Assembly: GCA_964016885.1 (NCBI GenBank) | Contig: OZ024743.1 | Coordinates: 216,442,001-216,506,000 of the forward strand | Source of the DNA: Eledone cirrhosa | Lineage: Eukaryota | Reading direction: 5' to 3' | DNA: 64,000 nucleotides | Shown here: in pieces, positions 44,700 through 57,400 of the stretch | How the letters are laid out: the number at the start of each line of letters is the position of its first letter | Numbering within the stretch: position 1 is the stretch's first letter | Notes under the pieces: generated by a model | Seen by the model: only the letters and a program-made list of their open reading frames with translations | The model's database searches: none | Told to the model about the DNA's origin: nothing | Position numbers and translations under genes: made by a program

Positions 44700-46320
44700 G
44701 CTTCTAAGCTGGTGGTGGAGAACGTCGCAGCAGGTGGCGTCACAGATGAGGGATCAACCTCCTTTGAATGCGAAGAGGGTGATTCCGTCGGGGCAATTGT
44801 CATCTAGGCATTCTAGTTCATGTTGAGATGGAAAGCCAGCTATGTCCAGGCTTCTTCTCAATATGTCGTTCAGAGCTGCGTGTCGGGAGAACTGGCCTAA
44901 CTTGTCAACAACCGCCCCGGTGGCTCACACATGCAGAGCCCAAGGGTAATCTGATGAGTGTGCACTCACCATCATGAAGGGTACCGGTTGATGAGGATGG
45001 CACCGAATTGAGCCACGCGCCGCTGTTGGGATGAGAAGCGGAGAGGTGGCAGATGAGACGGTGTTGGGCCTGTTCCATCTTAAAGGTCTGGTCCGAACCT
45101 CGAGAGGTAGGCAGGTAAAGCTAGGTCCGAAGCTGATCAGTGGACAAAGCCACCGAACCTCGCTGGGAGTGACGCATGTTGCCAGCCTGCGCTGTCAAAA
45201 TTGACGTTGCAGATGAGTTCCACACAGTGTCGAATGGTGAGGTCAATTCGCCGACAAGACCTGCGTGAGGGTGGAAAGGTGCACCGCGCAGCGTGAATGT
45301 GGTTTTGGGGAGAGTGAAACAGTTCCTCAAGAGGAAGAGCGCGTGATGAGCGTCAATGAGGCGCAGCCTCTCTGCTGATCGGGACAAATCAGCCTGCTTA
45401 GTCTACAGGCATTCTCTTATGGCTTTCGGAAGAATGGGGAAGCCGAGAATGCATGTGGCGTCCTTGAGTGTCAGCTGAGCTACGGCCAGGAAAGATTGGG
45501 AGCAGAATTCGGCCTCTTCATAGCTGATGTTGGTCACCTCAGACTTGTTTGGGTTGATTTCAAGTCCAAGGCGCTTTAGAGCTGGGATGATTTGTCGAAG
45601 GTCCTCAACTACCGTCTCAGCTGGGCGACCCAGGGTCGCGTCATAGAGGTACAAGACGTTGAGTGGTGACCGGACTAACCGGACTACCTCATTGACTGCC
45701 AGCGAGAATAGGATCGAACCGAATATATCTCCCTACTGGACACCAGTGGAGAAGTAACGCTGTTGCTGTTGTCTATGAGTGAGCTGGGTCTTCCGTACGA
45801 AAGGTGAACGAGGGGATAGATGGAGGGGGCCTTACTCAGCTATGTATCTAGGGCGTGATCTCCTCTAACGCTGTTGAAGGCGTTAATAATGTCCAGCTTT
45901 ACGAGGAGGTGGGAGGTATTGTGATGAGGGAGGCGCGTGCTATATGAAGCGTGTGGCTGCATGAGCTGCGCCCTCACAACCACACTTGATTCCACTTCCG
46001 GGCTGGACGGGGCTTAGCACCTCGCTCAAGTCAGTTTTGACTGACTTGCAAACTATCTTGGCTGTAAGTCGTCAGAAGACGTTACCCACCATGATGGGCG
46101 GACGTCTCTGTCATTCTTCCCCCGGGTGGTCCAGCTGGCAGAGAAGAAAAGATCGCGGGAATGGCTGAGCATTGCTGGGCAAGCTGGCGCGGAGGAGACA
46201 ATTGATGAGGGCTGTTAATGACTGGGGGGAGTCGGGCCCCTGCTTCCACCATGTGAGGCGAGATAAATTCTCGGAGGTGACTGGGGCGCAAGCCATCTAC
46301 TCCGTTGTAAATTGTCCGAG
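44700..46320 (-). mobile_element. Degenerate CRE-like non-LTR retrotransposon (RT plus restriction-like endonuclease)
   Basis: GVDGLRPSHL, PIMVGNVF*RLTAK, VKLDIINAFNSV, GVQ*GDIFGSILFSLAV, LYLYDATL, LGLEINPNKSE, ILGFPI, HHALFLLRNCF; then RHAALND...PDGIT...ICDAT. Confidence 0.75.
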
Positions 46321-46863
46321 TCAATCGAGCGTAAGACAAATATGACCTGCGTATCCGTAATGGATATCCGCGCACGATGTTAACCCGTTCCTCAAATTTA
46401 ACAATGCTCTCCATCATTTCAGAGCGGACTTATTTGAGCGTACGATGAGATGAATTCCTATATTTTTACCCGCTCTTTGCGTTTCTAATCTATAACTTGT
46501 TATGATTAAATTGAGTAGGTGACTTCATATGTTGTTAGGTTTAACAAAACAATCTGTTTTTTAGGCATATTTAGCGGCTACTCCAAGTTAGTTTTGTGGT
46601 CTGAAAATGCCATTACCCCTCACCTAAACTAGTCTCACGATGCAGAAAGTAGCCATGTTCAATTTCTATCCTAACTGACTAATAACATTAAAAAATGTTT
46701 AACCTAAAATGATCTCAAGATGAGCCTACATTTTCGATCTATTCTTAAATAGTGTTCATTTTTCTTAGGATATTAATATTAAGGCTTCCAGTATATCAAC
46801 AGTTTCGTTACCAACAGACACAGACACGCTTATCTGGGTTCGGTCACTTTGTGCAGCCAATTT

Positions 46864-47019
46864 CGGAATTTCCCATTATATCCTGGCCTGGGGAATATTA
46901 CACTTTGAGTAGAATGTGGCAGGCGGAAACTCTACAAAGGATCCTGTGTAGAGTTTCCGCCTGCCACATTCTGCTCAAAGTGTAATATTCCTCAGCCCAG
47001 GTTATAATAGGAAGTTCCG
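46864..47019. repeat. 156-bp near-perfect palindrome centred on GGATCC; MITE-like
   Basis: AATATTACACTTTGAGTAGAATGTGGCAGGCGGAAACTCTACA is mirrored with few mismatches and essentially no spacer. Confidence 0.85.
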
Positions 47020-47183
47020 GGGTCAGTCTTGTTATATAACCATTCGAAAGCTACGGAAATATTTCGCTATTATTAGAATGCATAAGCATAGAAATGTCTA
47101 CTGAAACCTGATTTAATCAGTTTAAACTGGGGTTCACAAATAAAAAAAATAGTTACGAAATTATGTGTCAGTAAAAATGTACA

Positions 47184-48030
47184 TAATTAATTGTTTTTAC
47201 TTTTGGCACAAGGCCAGCAATTACTCAGTGCATTACTGGTACTTTATTTTATCGACTCCGTAAGGATGAAAGGCAAAGTTAGCCTCGGCGGGATTTGAAC
47301 TCAGAATGGAAATGGCCGTAACTCGATGCGTCAAAACATGGCGTCCGACCCTCTATCGATTCTGCCAATCCACCGCCCTAATTAATACATTAGCACTAAC
47401 TTAGTTGAAAATGTCTATAATATTTAATGAAAGTTAATTTCCTGTGTAAATTTCATTCTCGTTGTGCGACTTCGAAATTAGGTTCGTAATTTATTGCGAT
47501 TTTCTTTACTATTTACATAAATATTTTACGTTTATGTTTTTTTCTTAATGTTTTAATCGCGTTAACTTCTTGTGACGAATGAATAAACAAAACAATCATC
47601 GGCGTATATTTTATATTATGACTTGTTTTATTTCTTTGCTTGTCTGTATATTTCTTAGAGTTTGCAGTTTCGTTGTCAATTTATCAAATGTTTATTAACA
47701 AAGCCATAATAATAATTGTTTCTATTTTTAGGCACAAGGCCGGCAAATTATCCAGTACATTACTGGTACTTTGTTTTATAGACCCCGAAAGGATGAAAGG
47801 CAAAGTTAACCTCGGCGGGATTTAAACTCAGATCATAAAGGGACGTAACTCTATGCTTCAAAGTATGGTGTCCGACTCTTGCAATAATAATAATTGTTTC
47901 TACTTTTGGCACAAAGCCAGCAATTATCCCAGTGTATTACTGGTACTTTATTTTATCGACCCCGTAAGGATGAAAGGTAAAGTTAACCTCGGCGGGATTT
48001 GAACTCAGAATATAAAGGGGCGTAACTCTT
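47184..48030 (-). mobile_element. Cluster of three tRNA-derived Nin/Deu-domain SINEs (47184-47378, 47707-47880, 47883-48030)
   Basis: Reverse complement has A-box TGGCAGAATCG, B-box GAGTTCAAATCCC, core GCCTTTCATCCTT..GGGGTCGATAAAATAAAGTACCAG and (TTA)n tails. Confidence 0.85.
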
Positions 48031-50520
48031 TGCTAAGCGCCTCGTCTAATTTTCTAACTAGTTCTCCCCCTGCTCTACTTTTCTCTATTGCTAAAGCCTT
48101 ACTAAACCTAATGAACTCTATTCTAATCGCTCTTTTCAGAGCAAACCACCACTTAGGACAGCCTAAGTTAGACCTATATATTTCCCTACAAAATAATCTA
48201 TCTAGATATGATTTGGATGACACTATGCGATTTGTCCAAGTCCACATTGGCACATTCGGGAAATCCAATCGGTACCTGTCAGACATTTCAAAACGCCTGA
48301 GCAGGTTGGTGAGGCTCTTGCACCCTCCTCCCCTATCCGCTAATCCCACACAGTCCCAGCGTGCATCTAAGATCCCGTTCGAGTCGCACACTAACACTAA
48401 AGAGCGGGACGTTCCAAGAAAGGTATCCAGACGCCGGAAGAAATCAGGCCGCCCTGCTCTTTCGAGGCTTAGACGGCCACTAGCCTGAAAGCTTGCCCGT
48501 CTCCGCTGGTCACGTCCAACACCACCAACTTACCTTCTGGGTCCAGGAAGATGGCCCGTATGGCGAGATCCAAACCTCTCCGAAAAAGCACAGCAACTTC
48601 TCCCCCCGATCCAGGATGGCTGGGAGATGCGTACACATCGTAGCCGCCGAAGATCGGTGCGAAGGCCCGTGCTTCAGAGATTCTGGTCTCGCTGAATGCC
48701 ACTACATCTATGTTTAGTGATCTGAGGTCGTTGAGCAGATGGCCCTGCTTCCATGACGACCCCAGGCCATGCGCATTTATGCTGCCTATTCTGAGGTCAT
48801 GGTGAAATGGAGTGGAAAAGATGGGAAAGACCACTTACCTTACTTCTCGTAGAGGAAGGATAGTTTCTCCATCCCTTTTCACTTGATCGTCTGGTGAAGG
48901 GACCGTTGAATCGTCCCTTCGGCTGGTCGTCGACTATTCTGTGAGTATATCCGAATATACTCTCCGGTTGAGAGTCCCTTCTAGGTATCTGAAATCACCA
49001 ACTGCGTTGGGGAATTTCCTCCCTTTTCGAAAGCGACGATGCGCTGCTTCTGCGTTTGTGCCTTCTTGTGACCTTTTGCCATCCCTCTCACACCTCACAC
49101 TCCATGTCTGATTCTGTGAGGTCGGCGAGGGGTACCAGGTCCACTCTTTCACTTGTTCTTGTTGGTGATGGTTGCAGTGGAGTCTCTATTGCAGCTGCAG
49201 TTGGTATTACTGTTGCTGTTGTTAATACTTCCACTGCTGCTGATGTTCTTGATTTCCGTGGCGTAGGTATGGGTGCCACGGACCTATCGCTCGTGCTTGC
49301 CGCCTGTCCTGTTGCTGGTAGCATTGGAGCCGGTTTCGGAAGGAGGGGGTTTTCTCCTTTCTCAGGGTCTTCTCATTGCAGAAGGCCCTGGGGTGAGTCT
49401 TCGACCCACAGCGAAAGCATTTCGGACGTTTGCCCTCAACACTTATGAGGCAGTTGAGTGCCGCAATCGAAGTCTATCACATCCGGGATAGCTTCGATGC
49501 TCTCCTGGTTAGTTTGTATTAACATCTCAATGGAGGTGCCGACCCAATCTTCTCGTACTTTTTTTCTGTACTTGCAGTACAGTTGTTTTGTCCTCGATTC
49601 CGACGAGGACAGACGCGGCCAGTCAAGAAGGGGCCATCCCAGGGGTACGTGGGTCAGTTTGACCCTCACAATTTTGTTTCCGCAGTAGGAGGGCACCAAC
49701 ACCATTTCCTCGCTCTTTAGGGTTACTAAGGATTGAGCCTTTACCTCCTAGGGTGTGGCCAAAAGCACGTCCACGGTGGCATATTTCTTTCCTCAGGTGA
49801 TATGCATTTTCCGCTGCCACACAGACCCTAAGGCTGTTTGTATTTGAGCCTCTGTGGCTCTTTCAACCCTACGGGATTTTGTGCTTACTGTACGGTACGT
49901 GACCGTACAGTGCTGTTGGGTTTCGAAAGATGTTTCGGCTGCCTTGCAGATTACTCGGTGTCCGGTTTTGGTCACCATCTTCTTTGCTTCCTGTAATTCC
50001 TCATTTGTTATAAGGATGGTTTCCAGGTTCTTTGCGATACCTGCAAACGAGATTGGTTTTTCTTTCTTGTTGTTGTTGTTGTCGTCAGAGCTGCTGTTAC
50101 TTTTGTTGTTGCTGCTGGTACTACGACTTCCGCCGCCGCTGTTGCTGTGGTTGTTGCTGTTGTGCTGTTGCTAATGCTGTTGTTGCTGTTGCTGCTGTTG
50201 TTGTTTATGCTGCTGCTGATGCTGTTGTGGCTGCTACTATTGTTTTCCTTGTCACTGCAGCTGCAGCTGCTGTTATTAGGGCTGCTACTGCTATTATTCA
50301 TGACGTCAGACGAATGAAATGGCTTTCCGTATTTACCGCACACATTTTTCGTCGTTGTCGTCGTCGTGGAGAAATGTTCCTCGGTTTGCACGTGCTCTTG
50401 GAAACTATCAGAAACTATATTTTTCTTTTTCTTTACTGGTGTCGCTTGCGAAAGAGAATGGAGGGAGAGAGACACATTTAGAGAAGGGAGGGAGAGAGAC
50501 AATCTTCTCTCTGATGTAGT
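48031..50520 (-). mobile_element. Tx1/L1-like retrotransposon 5' part: ORF1 with zinc knuckle plus APE endonuclease, 3'-deleted
   Basis: ORF1 has EGKRPKCFRCGSKTHPRAFC (CCHC) and an N/S/T-rich N-terminus. ORF2 has IGSINAHGL, FSETR, DPEGKLVVLDV, CDSN, WTW and SYLDR. Confidence 0.8.
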
Positions 50521-50788
50521 GACGATTGAGGAATGAGTGGGAGTGACTTGTGAAAATTATTTTTTGTAGCCATGTTTTTTTTTGGTTTAAAATGAATATT
50601 GGGCACAAAACCCCAATAAGCGGTTATTTAACCCCGAAGGACCAAATAACGGGCAGAAAGACCCCTCTCACGAGGAGGAGGGTGTTTTTATCTATTATTT
50701 GGTTAAAGTTTTAAACAATTTACAATTGGTATAGCGGTTAAAAATTACTATACCTTACAGAACCGTGCCTCCGTCAACCATGGCATTC

Positions 50789-50833
<45 letters not shown>

Positions 50834-50845
50834 TGTTTCTTCTTG

Positions 50846-50876
<31 letters not shown>

Positions 50877-51008
50877 TTAAATGGACACTGAAGGGATGAA
50901 AGGCAAAGCTAACCTCGGCTGGATTTGAATTCAGCACGTAAAGGGTCGTAAGTCTATTCTGCAAATCATGGTGTCCGATGCTCTAGCGATACTGCCAATC
51001 AACCGCGC
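50789..51008 (-). mobile_element. tRNA-derived SINE with (AAT)n tail and internal (GGAAAAT)n
   Basis: Homologous to 47184-47378. Confidence 0.75.
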
Positions 51009-51724
51009 TAATGCTGCGGTCATTTTGAAGAAAGTATTATTTGCCATTAAGTAATTGTTACGACTTAGTATATTAGTAATTAGTCCGGTGCATAATCCAT
51101 CTGCACTGATTGACAGAGCCATAATAATAGTAATAATAAATGTATTTCTTTATTGGCCACAAGGTCAACATATATGTGACAATACAAAGAGGGAATAATA
51201 TAATTAGAACAATGAAAATACTGTAATAGGGGTGGATTTGCCACCGAGAAGTAATCAGATACACTACCATTTTAAACTACTCTACTCTCAAAAAGTACCG
51301 TGGGAGTGCGTCCACTTTTCTCAAAACCGGCTAGCCTAGAATCTTAGTGGTTCAAAAAAAGCTATTTAATTAAATAAGTACCTTTTGTAAAAATATAAGC
51401 ATTTGGATGGACATAACATATTTATTCCTTCAATGAGTTGTAGCAGCACAGCTGAAACAACGTCTCTGGTTCTTGGTTGATTTTCATAGAGTGGCGAATA
51501 CCCAAACCAGAATAGTTCATAAGCAAAATAATCCTGACTGCCAGTTACCCAACAAGAATACAACTGGCGTATTTAAGAAAATATGGATGAAATGTGATAT
51601 GCCTGCACGATTGAAAGAAGAGTGTTCTAATGTAGAACATCATCCCTTTGATGAAATAACAAAATAGAAAATATAACTATATCTAGTTCCCTCCACCTCT
51701 CTCGCTCTATCTCTCTCTTTCTCT

Positions 51725-51791
<67 letters not shown>

Positions 51792-51808
51792 CATATATAT
51801 GCATATCA

Positions 51809-51851
<43 letters not shown>

Positions 51852-52766
51852 GTGTGTGTGTGTATGTGTAATGTGACACTTACGTTGCAAGTAATTTCTA
51901 CTTGTTTACATTAAATAAATAAATTATGTTACACGAATCTACATAAATCAAATGTTTGCATCCTTTAAATCATATACCAGGAGACGCTGCAAAACAACTA
52001 CATAATTATATATATATATGAGTTTTGAAGTATTTGAGATACTAATTCACCTCATCTGTTGGAATATGTGCAAGCAATTCTACACTTAATCTCTGTTTAT
52101 GTTTAACTATATTTCTTTTCATCGTTAGCATCTAAGTTTCCGGTATTTTCTACATTCACCGCCTCACAAATATCGTTTTACCCGATATATATCTTATAGA
52201 AACATATTAACGCATATTACAGTTATGACCATTGAAACCACTTATGTTCGCTAGCTATTAGGTATGCATTTTTCTAAAAGTCAAATCCAAAAAATGCCTA
52301 TCCGTTCGTTCCATTTCCTTTTAAAGGAATTATTTATAGAGATTGGGATAGATAGATGTAAGAATGGTTATATGGCTGGATCATTTTGTCCCAGTTATTC
52401 ATAGAGCAACATCGGTTGAGGTTGGCACCACTAGCTCAAATATATATGTGGATATATTCATGTATATGTATGTGTCCGCATGTATCTGTGTGTTTCTATA
52501 TATTGTTTATAACTCCCTTTGGTCGAGTAACCTTTGAAGTGTAGTGACTGCTGGAAAGCTATAATTTCTCATACTTCTCGCCACGTTAGCCACCTCTTCT
52601 ACGGCTTTGATATAAGTATTCCCTCCGCCTCCGTGGTATTTTTTTCATGGTTATAAGAGGTTTAGCTCTGTTTCTTGACCGCTGTATCACGTGATTGACT
52701 CCCACTCCGCCTTTCGGAATTCTATCTCGCGTCCTACGGACGTTTTTTGAAACTCTTAATGAGGTA

Positions 52767-52859
52767 TCCTCTTGATAAGTCGGCAGACCTCACAAAAATT
52801 CTATATATCTGGGATGTAGTGTTTTTGCATAATATGCCACGAAACTACGTAGTCGAGGA
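52767..52859 (+). ncRNA. Type I hammerhead ribozyme, U3-A8 core with extended stem II
   Basis: TCCTC TTGATAA GTcGGCA...TGCCAC GAAA CTACGTAG TC GAGGA. Perfect 5-bp stem I, palindromic stem III, GUC site. Confidence 0.8.
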
Positions 52860-52933
52860 GTCAAGAAGGAGTTTAGGTATGATATATCTTATTATTAATT
52901 ATATGTAATGTTTCTTCTCTCTTCATAATGTAT

Positions 52934-52964
<31 letters not shown>

Positions 52965-53085
52965 CAAGGACTGTCTTCAAATCCAGTTCAGATTCATTGC
53001 ACAAAAGGATGTTCAGCTCAAGAGTATAGCTTATAAAAATAGGAATGAAGGCTCTTAAAAGACTGGAAAAGTACTTGCTTTCGGC

Positions 53086-53150
<65 letters not shown>

Positions 53151-53151
<1 letters not shown>

Positions 53152-54310
53152 CGGCGATGAATTAGTTTAGATAGGGCTAGACATAAGATAGGGAAGGCCA
53201 CATCATGGTACGACAAACAGAGATATCAGAGTGTCATGTTTGTGGACGCCACCCCTGGAGGGAAATTAGCTAAACAGTGTAGAAAGGCCCTGAGAAAGAC
53301 CCACTTAAAAATAAAGGTGGTAGAAAAGCCAGGAACCACCATAAAATCCCTGATCAGTAAAACCTACCCTTTTAAGAAAACCCACTGTACCAATAGGAAA
53401 TGTATCATATGTAAGGTGTACCCCCGGATAAACTGTAAAACTAGAAACGTAGTCTATAGCATAAGATGTACAGAGGGTACTTGCAGAAACATGACAATAA
53501 CATACATAGGCGAAACAGCTCGTAGCATAGGTGAAAGGATAGACCAACAGTGGGGGAACTAAAAGGACGAAAAAACGGGTCAGTACTATACGAACATGCT
53601 AGACAACAACATGACGGTAACATAGACAACATAGAAATTAGAATAATATCTAAACATAGGAATGACCCAGCAGATAGGCAAATCAGAGAGGCCAGTGAAA
53701 TAGAAATTAGAAGACCAAAGCTAAACAGAAAGAATGAGTGGAACAACAACACCCAAACAAACAACACTGACCTAAGAGAAGTATAATTAAGTAAATAAAA
53801 TAAAATAAAATAAGATAAATAAATACATACACAAGCACAATAACAACAAGCACATAAACACACACTAGTCACCCAGCAGACACAACACTATACACACTAG
53901 TCACACAGCAAACATAACGCTATACACACACGCAAACGCATGCGCAAAGAAGACAAAATAAAATAAACAAAAAAACAAGCAAATAAATAAATAAATATAT
54001 AGACAGACTGAATAAAAAATGGCGCAGACATACAACACAACAGGAGGAAAAAAATATAACACCACTGACGATGTTGCAGATGTGCAACGAAAGATTTATG
54101 TAAATTATGTAAACTATATATATGTGTTTGTGTCTATATTGTATCTGTATTATTTTTGACCGTCGGTCAGTCAATGGCAACATTGAGGACCGATTAAGTT
54201 AGATCGCAGATATAAAAGACAGCGAGAAGCGAAAACCAACCAAACAGTGAGTGTGTTCTGTTATTAATTCTGGCAATATTACAAAAATATGACCCTCCCC
54301 AAGTATAACA

Positions 54311-54312
<2 letters not shown>
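53151..54312 (+). mobile_element. 5'-truncated PLE: thumb/linker plus GIY-YIG (53236-53786) and pLTR with a hammerhead at 54061-54101
   Basis: MFVDATPGGKLA, CTNRKCIIC, NVVYSIRC...YIGETARSIGER, RQIREA, PKLN. Motif CTGACGA T GTTGCA-gatg-TGCAAC GAAA. (TA)n on both sides. Confidence 0.88.
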
Positions 54313-54376
<64 letters not shown>

Positions 54377-56330
54377 GGATGTTTGTCTGTGTGTGTGTGT
54401 GTTTGTTTGTGGAAATCAATAGCAGCTTTTTCGAACTTGTTCTATTAAACATTCCAACTTTCATATCTTTCATATATTCTTGCTGGTACATCAAGTTTAA
54501 TTTTAAACTATAATGTTGAGGATTGTACTAGTAGCCCTATGACAGTATTTTACCTAAAGCGTGCGACCAACTCATCGGTACTATCATCGTTTTTATTGTG
54601 AGGATGAGCTCCTAAAAGTATTGAAACTATAATTGACTACTGAATTTCGGAACGCTAATATTCGCAAGGAAACACAGTACAGGCAATGAAATATAAAATA
54701 TATAACTTAATAAAAAAAAAAGGATCAAAATAAGTGTATACTATAATATACATGAAGGTTTCGTAAGATCAAACCAACATATATATATATTGAACTTTGT
54801 ATAGATCATAAACTTAGACTACACAAAATAAACATTTCATTATTTATTCATTATATTTATTATTTTTAAGTATATTTATTTACATTTTGTATTTGTGTTC
54901 TATTCTTTACTTTCATTTATTTAACGTGGTTCTGTGTGCTTTGGGACATATTTTATTATCGTTTCTTTCTTTTTTTGATTCAATCTTCGCTGAGAGTTTT
55001 GCTCACCAACCACTACTACAAATCGATTTTCGATACGATATTTGTTATGCCGTTTGGTCAGAGGCCAGTATATAAGTGACCTGTCGAGACGTAAGGAAAT
55101 CGAAATTCTATTAACCGATTACCTGTCTGAAGGTGAAATAGATTTATTTCCAGAGTTCGCGAGGAAAATAGATTTCTTAAGCTGTCAAGCCTGGCGTTTG
55201 AACGATTAACGAAGCAAATGACTTCCGGTATTTGCTCAGAAGCTTCCTCATCCTATTTGATTCTATCGTGAACAGAATTACTCCTACCATATGTATGCAG
55301 CTGTGTATTTATGTGTCTGTGTAAGTAAGTATCTGGGTATGTGCATGCATGCACCTTTACCTTTCAAGAATCTGTGTAGAGATATGATTCTATTATAACC
55401 ACTTTCGTATGTATCTCTATACCTGCACATACATACGCACGCATTCTTTCTTATCCCATCTCTCTCTCTCTCTCTCTCTCTATCTCTATCTCTCTCTCTC
55501 TTTCTCTCACCCACTCAAATATACATTTATATCTTAACGCATCATATATATGTGTGTGAGTAAATGTGTCCATACCGTGTGTAGGAACATATATGAGATA
55601 GAAGATGGTAATATCAAAACATATAACTGCACTGACGAAAGTAAAGAAATTAAGGATGAGTTAGAGCGGAATACATATTGCGTGTGTCTCTATATTTGTT
55701 TACTTAACGAAATGCGATACTATTAACTACATAACATTTCAATTTGGCAAATATTTAATCTCTGTTTACTGAATGGTGGCAGATAAGTCACTATTTTGTT
55801 AGAAATATCAGCTTTTCATTTCTGTAAAACACTTCAGTGCTATGACATTCGAAGACTTAAGGAAGTTGATGTCCGTCATATCCATACCAGTAATTGTGGC
55901 CGGGTCGATGCTGTTTTCCCGGAAACATTGGGATTTGGTTTAGAACGTCGAGCAGTAAGGACCTGGTATGAGAAGTCGTATGTAGGTGTTTGACCAACAT
56001 CTTCTGGAATTCGTGAGTGGTTTTAGTTTGCTCGTGATGTATTTCCATTCCAGTTTGAGGAATTGACGGTTCTATTTTCATATATGTAACCACACAATTG
56101 ACACGATATCCCCCAATCAACTCGGTATTATTCGTACATTTTTTTCTTCTTGCTTATTCATTTCTCATTCGATTTTTTTAAAGGATTTAAGACAGGACCT
56201 CAGATTCCCTTTTCTCTAGGGTTTTGTCAAACATGCATCTTTTTTCTTCCCTGTGTGTTGTTTATGTTTTACTTTCTTTAGACTTTTTAAAACCTATTTG
56301 CTCCCTTGTCATTTTGGGACGTACCGATTG

Positions 56331-56407
<77 letters not shown>

Positions 56408-56410
<3 letters not shown>

Positions 56411-57020
56411 ATAGAATATAAAAGAAAAACTAACACAGATATATACATATATGTGTTCAAATCTTAAGGGACCGGATTCGCTAAGGTGAAAAGAATACTA
56501 ACTATAGACAATTGGGTTTGCTTGTCTCAATTTAAGGAAAAATCAAGAAAATAAATACAAACCGGAATTGTGGTAACTACCAATCACCCACACAACTTGG
56601 TTTTGTTTCGCGATGTTAATTGTGAATAGAATTACCAATTCAAGCTCATCAGTGGGTGATGAATTAGTATACTAGACACTTCTAAGTATATTAAGAAACT
56701 GAATAGTGTGCTATATATAATAGCGCACATGGTATCTTAGCCTGTCTCACAAACTTACACCACTAGAAATAGCAGCCAGGTGAGCTTGAATTGGTAATTC
56801 TATTCACAATTAACATTGCGAAACAACACCAAGTTGTCTGGGTGATTGGTAGTTACCACAATTCCGGTTTGTATTTATTTTCTTGATTTTTTCTTAAATT
56901 GAGACAAGCAAACCCAATTGTCTATAGTTAGTATTCTTTTCACCTTAGCGAATCCGGTCCCTTACCATTTGAACACATATATGTATATATCTGTGTTCGT
57001 TTTTTTTTATATTCTATTAT
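56408..57020. repeat. Inverted repeat (56408-56648 and 56781-57020) with a hammerhead
   Basis: About 240-bp reverse-complement arms adjacent to (TA)n. Confidence 0.9.
56583..56660 (-). ncRNA. Type I hammerhead motif with 8-bp stem I
   Basis: Reverse complement reads ATCACCCA CTGATGA GC...GC GAAA CAAAACCAAGTTG TG TGGGTGAT. The right arm (56820-56846) keeps ACAAC/GTTGT and GUC but has lost the 5' core. Confidence 0.72.
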
Positions 57021-57108
57021 AATATACGGCTCGGAAATATCTCTTTCTTAGAGCTATTTTGTTGTAAGAGACTATTTTGAGTTCCTAACTCAATATATAC
57101 CTTTGAAA

Positions 57109-57400
57109 TATATATATCCAAAATTAAATTAACGGTTGTCATGTCTGAAAGACATGCACCATACCCACTGCAGAATAAGCTCAATGATTCCAATGAATAG
57201 AGCCAAGCATTTTATATCAACTAGAAATAGATTGACATATATATATTTATTTTATTTTATATGTATATATATGTCAATCTATTTCTAGTTGATATAAAAT
57301 GCTCGGATCTATTCATTGGAATTTTTGAGCTTACTCTGCAGTGGATATGGCGCATGTCTCTCAGACATGACAACCCTTAATTTAATTTTGGATATATATA
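57109..57400. repeat. About 290-bp palindromic element with an AT-rich centre
   Basis: Arms 57109-57245 and 57265-57400 are reverse complements. Partial copy at 57805-57838. Confidence 0.85.

Noticed and set aside
50008-50502. N/S/T-rich ORF as a standalone gene
   Set aside because: Trinucleotide low-complexity sequence at the 5' end of the Tx1-like ORF1.
55857-56120. Possible transposase remnant
   Set aside because: No convincing DDE/D motifs.
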